Shown here piece after piece: positions 42,544-47,077 of a DNA stretch of 47,077 nt (its first letter is position 1; each line of letters starts with the position of its first letter). The notes under the pieces were generated by a model. It saw nothing but the letters and a program-made list of their open reading frames with translations, was not told where the DNA came from and made no database searches. Location: positions 1 to 47,077 of IMG/VR virus record IMGVR_UViG_3300048080_000070. One strand, given 5' to 3'. A program made the translations under genes and the position numbers. Origin of the DNA: a virus.

Positions 42544-42717
42544 ATGCAATATCTACTTGGAGTGGTGTGTATATTCTTGGCGCTGTTCAACCTGCCAGGA
42601 ATATACAAAGGTCTGTGGTATAGCATCGCGGCGTTCGGGTTCGTCTGTGTTTGCGCCGGAATCAACTTTGGGCTTGGTTTGTCTAATATTGCTTTGTCTA
42701 ATAGACGATGCCGATAA
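42544..42717 (+). CDS. 57-aa two-TM membrane protein in a locally AT-richer segment
   Basis: MQYLLGVVCIFLALFNLPGIYKGLWYSIAAFGFVCVCAGINFGLGL... I prefer this over the other-frame ORF 42539..42733. Confidence 0.45.
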   Translation: MQYLLGVVCIFLALFNLPGIYKGLWYSIAAFGFVCVCAGINFGLGLSNIALSNRRCR

Positions 42718-43505
42718 CCGCCTGGATCTGTAAGCCCTGCGGCGGCCGCGAAGTGCCGCTGGACCATTTCGAGACCACGGACTGCGGCCTCAAGATCCAC
42801 CCGGACTTCGCTGCTGCGGTACTCTACTCCGAGCGCAGCCACTACCGCTTCGGCCAGCGCGCCATTGGCATCACCGACACTCTAGGATGCCCGCGTGCTG
42901 CGGCAATAAAGCACGAGGTCGATTACGCGGTGGACCCGCTCACGCTCAACGCGCCGTTGACCGGGACGGCGTGGCACGCCTATATGGAGGAAGTGGCCAG
43001 CGATAATAATGTAGAGGTTGAGGTTGGTGGCACCATCGCTGGCGATGGAATCATCACGAGCGTTGACCGCCTACGTCCAGCCTTGGGACTCATCGAGGAC
43101 TGGAAGAACACCAACGACTTCGCCGTCAAGTACGTCAAGGAGAAACCGAAGGATGAAGCCGTCGCCCAACTTGCCATAGGTGGCGAGTTAATGCAACAGA
43201 CCTTGGGGTGGCGGCCTACGCGGGGCATGGTGTGGTATCACAACGCGGCGAGCCCTGGGTTGACGCCTCACATGGTTGATCCCCTGCCGTCGCTGGATTG
43301 GGCGCTTGCCATGCGTCCGCACGAAGGGACGGCCACGGTTCGGGACAGCCTCGTCTGGATGGGCCGGTGGAAGCGCCAAGAGGTCAAGTGGGAGGACATG
43401 CCGCTCACCGGGGAGTCGTTCGTGTACGGCGGGGGCAAGACGGGGTGCGATTACTGTCCGGTGCAGAGGGTGTGCTGGACGCAGGCAAAGGGCACATCAT
43501 TTTGA
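42708..43505 (+). CDS. Cas4/RecB-like PD-(D/E)xK exonuclease with a Cys cluster
   Basis: SVDRL...LIEDWKNT fits a D...ExK motif. C-terminal CDYCPVQRVC plus N-terminal cysteines suggest a 4Fe-4S-type arrangement. Confidence 0.65.
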   Translation: MPITAWICKPCGGREVPLDHFETTDCGLKIHPDFAAAVLYSERSHYRFGQRAIGITDTLGCPRAAAIKHEVDYAVDPLTLNAPLTGTAWHAYMEEVASDNNVEVEVGGTIAGDGIITSVDRLRPALGLIEDWKNTNDFAVKYVKEKPKDEAVAQLAIGGELMQQTLGWRPTRGMVWYHNAASPGLTPHMVDPLPSLDWALAMRPHEGTATVRDSLVWMGRWKRQEVKWEDMPLTGESFVYGGGKTGCDYCPVQRVCWTQAKGTSF

Positions 43506-43735
43506 GCGCCCAACTCTACTCCTCCCCGCCCGGCTGGACGAAGGCGCTCGCCATCCGCCGCGAGGTCATCACCCTCAAGCACGAAGTCAAGGCCGCGCTC
43601 AAGGCGGGTGTGCCGTGGATTAACACAGACCGCCTCAACGAACGGCTCCAGCACATCGCCAAGATACCGCGGCCAGGGCTACCCAAACTGAGGTGCAACG
43701 GTCGGTGCCGGTGCAGGAAGGGGATTGTCGGATGA
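43502..43735 (+). CDS. Hypothetical protein (start uncertain)
   Basis: Possible TTG start overlapping the upstream TGA. Same frame as ORF 43298..43735. Confidence 0.35.
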   Translation: MSAQLYSSPPGWTKALAIRREVITLKHEVKAALKAGVPWINTDRLNERLQHIAKIPRPGLPKLRCNGRCRCRKGIVG

Positions 43736-43893
43736 AGATCGAAGATAAGTGCGTGGGATGTGACCGGAAGGCGGTGCATCCGAATGACAACTTTTCCGAT
43801 GCGGATGAGAAAGTGGTTTTGTGTGAAAAGTGTGCTAGACGAATCATGCTGGAGTTGTTCGAGTGGTGGTGGCATGTGAAGTTGGTGGGATGA
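43732..43893 (+). CDS. 53-aa Zn-ribbon protein
   Basis: ATGA-coupled. CVGCD...CEKC. Confidence 0.5.
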   Translation: MKIEDKCVGCDRKAVHPNDNFSDADEKVVLCEKCARRIMLELFEWWWHVKLVG

Positions 43894-43897
43894 GTAC

Positions 43898-43972
43898 GGT
43901 GACGTTAGCTCAACTGGATAGAGTCCGCGGCTGTGGCCCGCGTGGTGGGGTTCGAGTCCCCGCGTCACACCA
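43898..43972 (+). tRNA. tRNA-His (anticodon GTG), slightly non-canonical
   Basis: Cloverleaf folded by eye. Acceptor stem GTGACGT/GCGTCAC (one G.U). U8-A9. D arm GCTC-AACTGGATA-GAGT. Anticodon arm CGCGG-CTGTGGC-CCGCG. T loop TTCGAGT. Discriminator A. CCA is encoded. G at -1 (43898). The T-stem/acceptor junction is 1 nt short. Confidence 0.75.
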
Positions 43973-43973
43973 A

Positions 43974-44059
43974 GCCAAGGTGCCCGAATGGCTAAGGGAT
44001 CCGGCTGTAACCCGGAAGTCGGCAAGGCCGTGGAGGTTCGATTCCTCCCCTTGGCACCA
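43974..44059 (+). tRNA. tRNA-Tyr (anticodon GTA), type II with a long variable arm
   Basis: Acceptor stem GCCAAGG/CCTTGGC. D loop with GG. Anticodon arm TCCGG-CTGTAAC-CCGGA. Variable arm CGGC-AAG-GCCG. T arm GGAGG-TTCGATT-CCTCC. Discriminator A. CCA is encoded. Confidence 0.9.
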
Positions 44060-44197
44060 ACCCTGCGTGTTATTCCTATGAACCACGGCAGCTGGCCCGG
44101 CAGCAAGGGCGGACAGCGTAGCGGCACGAAGCATTGCCCGGTCTGCGGGGAGTGCTCGCCCACGTTCTGCTGGAAGGCGTCGATTGGGCGCAGGGGC

Positions 44198-44203
44198 TAT
44201 AAT
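44198..44203 (+). promoter_or_regulatory. Consensus TATAAT -10 element just upstream of the ERCC4 gene
   Basis: TATAAT ends 8 nt before the GTG at 44212. I found no convincing -35. Confidence 0.3.
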
Positions 44204-44211
44204 CATCATGG

Positions 44212-44700
44212 GTGCAAGAAACACCGGAAGGCGGGGGAACCGCCCGCGCTGCATTACGTCCGTCCGAAATCCCGGCCATCGTCATCGACACGCGGGAGCA
44301 ACTAGCCTATGGCTTCGACGGTTTTTTCACTGAGCGGCGGAAACTTGACACCGGGGACTATTCGCTTGTCGGCTACGAAAACCGTGTCGCGGTTGAGCGG
44401 AAGTCGAAAGCCGACGCCTACGGATGCGTGGGAGCGGGCCGCGATAGGTTTGAGCGATGTCTACGCCGCCTTGGTGAAATTGAGCGACCGGCTGTGGTTA
44501 TTGAAGCCGACCTCGCGGACTTCGCGGTCCCGCCGCCCCGCACCCGCATCACGGCGGCTCAAGCGGTCGGCTCCTACGTCTCGTGGAGTTGCACCTACCG
44601 GATCCCGATCTTCTTCTGCGGGACGCGGGCGTATTCTGAGAGGGTCACGTTGAGGTGGCTCATGGCGTTTCTGAAACACGTTGCGGGAGGTGGCGCATGA
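44212..44700 (+). CDS. ERCC4/XPF-Mus81-type nuclease
   Basis: IVIDTRE...GDYSLVG...VAVERKSKADAYG matches the GDxn-ERKxxxD signature. The start codon is uncertain. Confidence 0.65.
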   Translation: MQETPEGGGTARAALRPSEIPAIVIDTREQLAYGFDGFFTERRKLDTGDYSLVGYENRVAVERKSKADAYGCVGAGRDRFERCLRRLGEIERPAVVIEADLADFAVPPPRTRITAAQAVGSYVSWSCTYRIPIFFCGTRAYSERVTLRWLMAFLKHVAGGGA

Positions 44701-44888
44701 TCAGAGAGGGCAAGTTCTACTATGTAGTGATGACCTTCGGCAGCGGAGTCACGGAACACGCAATGACAGTCATTGTTCAGGCGGACGACTTCGACGACGC
44801 CCACGGCAAGATCCGCCGACAGTGGCCTAACGGGCGCATCGGGAAGTTCGAGAGGTGGAGCGTGGAGGGCGTGTTGGTGAACGACTAG
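44697..44888 (+). CDS. Hypothetical 63-aa protein
   Basis: ATGA-coupled internal ATG of ORF 44655..44888. Confidence 0.5.
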   Translation: MIREGKFYYVVMTFGSGVTEHAMTVIVQADDFDDAHGKIRRQWPNGRIGKFERWSVEGVLVND

Positions 44889-44893
44889 CGCCC

Positions 44894-45145
44894 ATGTTCC
44901 TGACCATTAAGCGGTGGTGGAGTTCACACATCCAAGTGAAGGAGTTCCAGTGCGATGCACGTCCTCTCTCCGCCAGTGGCGATTCGCCCCTGGACTACTG
45001 CCGTCATCCGTTGTCTGACTGTCAACGGCTTGAACACGCGACGATGGTCGCATGGCGCTGTGGACGCTGTGGTGGATTGATCGTCGAGGACTGGAAAAAA
45101 GATGACAACGTGGTGAGAGGGCCGTGGCCGAGCGATGTCCGATGA
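44894..45145 (+). CDS. Cys-rich (Zn-ribbon) protein
   Basis: Internal ATG of ORF 44855..45145. Contains C..C...CGRCGG. Confidence 0.5.
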   Translation: MFLTIKRWWSSHIQVKEFQCDARPLSASGDSPLDYCRHPLSDCQRLEHATMVAWRCGRCGGLIVEDWKKDDNVVRGPWPSDVR

Positions 45146-45380
45146 CTGGCCCGGCCGCCGCCCCATGCCCGAGGGCTTCGATTCCGTCTACAAGCGGCCC
45201 CTCACGCACCGGAAGCGCGGGCCGAACGGGGTGGGGACGGCCCAACTAATGTGGGCGCTCTGGGTGGTCAAGGACTATAACCACGCGAGGCGGTTTGGAT
45301 ACACCGCGGACTTTCCGCCGGAGCCGAAGGAATGGGCGCAGAGGGCAAGGCGTGGCGGATACAATTTCAGGAGGCCATAG
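45135..45380 (+). CDS. Hypothetical basic protein
   Basis: 81-aa ORF overlapping the upstream end by 11 nt. Confidence 0.5.
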   Translation: MSDDWPGRRPMPEGFDSVYKRPLTHRKRGPNGVGTAQLMWALWVVKDYNHARRFGYTADFPPEPKEWAQRARRGGYNFRRP

Positions 45381-45381
45381 A

Positions 45382-45591
45382 GTGGACGACCCAACCGACC
45401 CAAGAGTCACCCTAATTCTCCCGCTCTCGCAACTCCAGCCCATCGTCCTCGGGCTCAAGATGCTGGTCAAGTTTGCCGGCAAGAACGGGCATATCAACGA
45501 GGCGTTCCTGGTGGACGACGTGATGCGGGCCGTGCAGGGGGCGATGGATGATGCGGTCAGGTCGGCACACCGGGCCATGCCTTCGCTGTAA
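45382..45591 (+). CDS. Hypothetical 69-aa protein
   Basis: AGGAGG upstream of the GTG at 45382. Confidence 0.45.
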   Translation: MDDPTDPRVTLILPLSQLQPIVLGLKMLVKFAGKNGHINEAFLVDDVMRAVQGAMDDAVRSAHRAMPSL

Positions 45592-45665
45592 CGGCACGGG
45601 CCGCCTGGAGCATTGGGTGTGGTCCCGCCGCCAGACATGGCCCTGTCCGGGCGAACAGGCGTATA

Positions 45666-46136
45666 ATGGGGGTGATGGCCGTAGAGGTAGGCCCGCCGAC
45701 AAGTCCCTACCGGGGCCTCCGGGGCGTAGACGCTTGGGGGTCCGGCGGCTTCGGGGCAAGCCGTGATGGTGGCCTTCGCAGGCACCTCGGCTGCGACTTC
45801 CTCGCCCAACCAGGCGACATTGCTCTTGCACCCATCGGCGGCCGCGTCGTCGTCGTTGGCACGGCCTACCCCGGCTCCAGCCTCGGGTCCATCCACATTC
45901 AGGGCGACGGCCCATACGCCGAATACTACGTCAAGATCCTCTACGTTGACCCCGACGTGTACGTTGGGACGACCGTGAAGGCCGGCGACCGCATCGGGCA
46001 GGTCCAGAACGTCACGGCGTACTACGCGGCTAAGTCACCCGGCAAGGGGCCGATGCCAAACCACGTCCACCTCGAATTGAAGGCGTGGGTCAATCCCGTG
46101 GCGTATCTGGCTCAAGACGTGGCACCGGAGACGTGA
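45666..46136 (+). CDS. M23-family (LytM-like) peptidoglycan endopeptidase, probable endolysin
   Basis: HLGCD (HxxxD) and HVHLE (HxH) motifs with the expected spacing. Confidence 0.7.
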   Translation: MGVMAVEVGPPTSPYRGLRGVDAWGSGGFGASRDGGLRRHLGCDFLAQPGDIALAPIGGRVVVVGTAYPGSSLGSIHIQGDGPYAEYYVKILYVDPDVYVGTTVKAGDRIGQVQNVTAYYAAKSPGKGPMPNHVHLELKAWVNPVAYLAQDVAPET

Positions 46137-46321
46137 TGGAGAAGCCGCTGGTATATGGTCTTCGAATCACCCTGACTTGTATGAATTGCGGAAATGATGT
46201 TGACATGGAGAATCCGTGGCGGCAGTACCGAAAATCAGAATCCGTTGCGGATCGTCTCATCGAGGACATTCGAATTGCCTCTTGCGAGCATCGGGCACGA
46301 AACGAGTGCAAGACGCGATGA
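46136..46321 (+). CDS. 61-aa Cys-containing protein
   Basis: The ATG overlaps the endolysin TGA. Contains CMNCG...C. Confidence 0.45.
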   Translation: MEKPLVYGLRITLTCMNCGNDVDMENPWRQYRKSESVADRLIEDIRIASCEHRARNECKTR

Positions 46322-46434
46322 AGGACTCAACGCGCTGGCGGCTCAAGATCGACCCGCCGGGCACGGTCGTGACCCAGAAGGATGGGCGAGAGTACGTCGT
46401 CCAGAGCGACGGGTCGTGGAAGAGGGTGAGGTGA
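46318..46434 (+). CDS. 38-aa hypothetical protein
   Basis: ATGA-coupled. MKDSTRWRLKIDPPGTVVTQKDGREYVVQSDGSWKRVR. Confidence 0.4.
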   Translation: MKDSTRWRLKIDPPGTVVTQKDGREYVVQSDGSWKRVR

Positions 46435-46435
46435 C

Positions 46436-46537
46436 ATGGAACTCCACATCGGCCTGACCGTTGGGTGTGTGATCGCCGTGGTAGTGGCCGCGGCGGTGGG
46501 CGCGCTCGTGGTGCTGGCCCTGCGGAAGCGCGGCTAG
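46436..46537 (+). CDS. 33-aa single-TM peptide
   Basis: MELHIGLTVGCVIAVVVAAAVGALVVLALRKRG. It abuts the phosphoesterase GTG. Confidence 0.4.
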   Translation: MELHIGLTVGCVIAVVVAAAVGALVVLALRKRG

Positions 46538-47077
46538 GTGGAGGGGCAGCGATGGATCATCCTCCCCGACATGCAAATTCCATACCACGACACTCGCTCC
46601 ATGGCGGCGGTCGAATCCTACATGGCCGCGCACCGATGGGACGGTTATCTCAACCTTGGGGACTTTCTGGACTTCAACGAGTTGAGCTCGTTCGTGGAGG
46701 GAAGGCCCGGGGCGGTCACGGAGGACGTGGCCTCAACCTTTGCGGCTGGCAACGCGATCCTGACGCGCCACGTTGCCCTGACGCGGGCCAAGAATCCGGC
46801 GGCGAGGATGGTTCTGCTGCAAGGCAACCACGACTACCGAGCCGTGTCCTACGCGGAGAAGCGCCCAGGCCTAAAGAAGCATCTGGACGTGCCGCTCAAC
46901 CTACACTTGGCAGAGCGCAAGATCGAGTGGGTGCCATCGTGGGAGAAGGGCAAGTTGTTCCGGCTTGGGAACGCCTACTTCACGCATGGCCGCATCGTGT
47001 CAAAGTACCATGCGGCGCGGATGGTCGAGCATTACGGGGTGTGTATCTACTACGGCCACACACACGATGTCTCGCTC
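46538..47077 (+). CDS. Calcineurin-like metallophosphoesterase, N-terminal part (runs off the window and continues at 128-367 after circularisation)
   Basis: From the GTG at 46538: ILPDMQIPYHD, LGDFLD, GNHDY and then GHTHD. Absent from the ORF track because there is no in-window stop. Confidence 0.75.
   Translation, partial: MEGQRWIILPDMQIPYHDTRSMAAVESYMAAHRWDGYLNLGDFLDFNELSSFVEGRPGAVTEDVASTFAAGNAILTRHVALTRAKNPAARMVLLQGNHDYRAVSYAEKRPGLKKHLDVPLNLHLAERKIEWVPSWEKGKLFRLGNAYFTHGRIVSKYHAARMVEHYGVCIYYGHTHDVSL
46951..47077. repeat. Terminal direct repeat identical to 1-127
   Basis: Compared base by base, by eye. Confidence 0.9.

Noticed and set aside
43516-44305. ORFs 43516..44163 (minus) and 43988..44305 (plus) overlapping the tRNA pair
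   Set aside because: They run through two well-folding tRNA genes and are most likely non-coding.
45548-45766. 72-aa ORF with a DnaJ-type CxxCxGxG motif (CLRCNGTG) overlapping the end of gene 45382 and the start of the M23 peptidase
   Set aside because: It would overlap the endolysin by about 100 nt and has no SD. Its C-terminal half is Arg/Gly/Pro-rich junk. It may be real only as a much shorter peptide, so I did not call it.

Overview
All calls come from reading the sequence and ORF translations by eye. No searches were run, so family names are motif-level inferences. Bases 1-127 are identical to 46951-47077, so the window is one circularly closed unit of about 46,950 bp. It is a visibly GC-rich tailed-phage genome with no tape-measure, tube or sheath genes, which gives it a podovirus-like layout.

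Layout:
- Minus strand, 1685-23001: one long structural and packaging operon. It holds a TerS candidate, TerL, a three-gene paralog family, a glycosyltransferase, portal, scaffold, major capsid, adaptor, fibres and internal proteins. Most genes are start/stop-overlapped (ATGA).
- Plus strand, 23090-29923: an HTH regulator followed by a roughly 6.6-kb glycosylation island. It contains 4 GT-A-like and 1 GT-B glycosyltransferases, an FkbM-type methyltransferase, a radical SAM enzyme and interleaved Zn-ribbon mini-ORFs.
- 29924-30503: a non-coding control region with two iteron-like repeat families.
- 30504-46537: early, replication and recombination genes. These include a half-size beta-clamp-like protein, RusA-like, RepA/DnaB-type ATPase, Sak4-like, an SSB-like protein with a DDIPF tail, Cas4-like exonuclease and ERCC4 nuclease. 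The region also holds many tiny Cys-rich proteins, a tandem tRNA-His/tRNA-Tyr pair and an M23 peptidase endolysin.
- A metallophosphoesterase gene spans the circular junction, and small membrane proteins sit at 865-1683.

I found no DNA polymerase, primase or integrase.

The most unusual content:
- Six glycosyltransferases plus a radical SAM enzyme and a methyltransferase.
- The 'IGGATF' paralog family between TerL and portal.
- ORF-poor spacers that share repeat motifs.
- Short direct repeats flanking individual gene cassettes.
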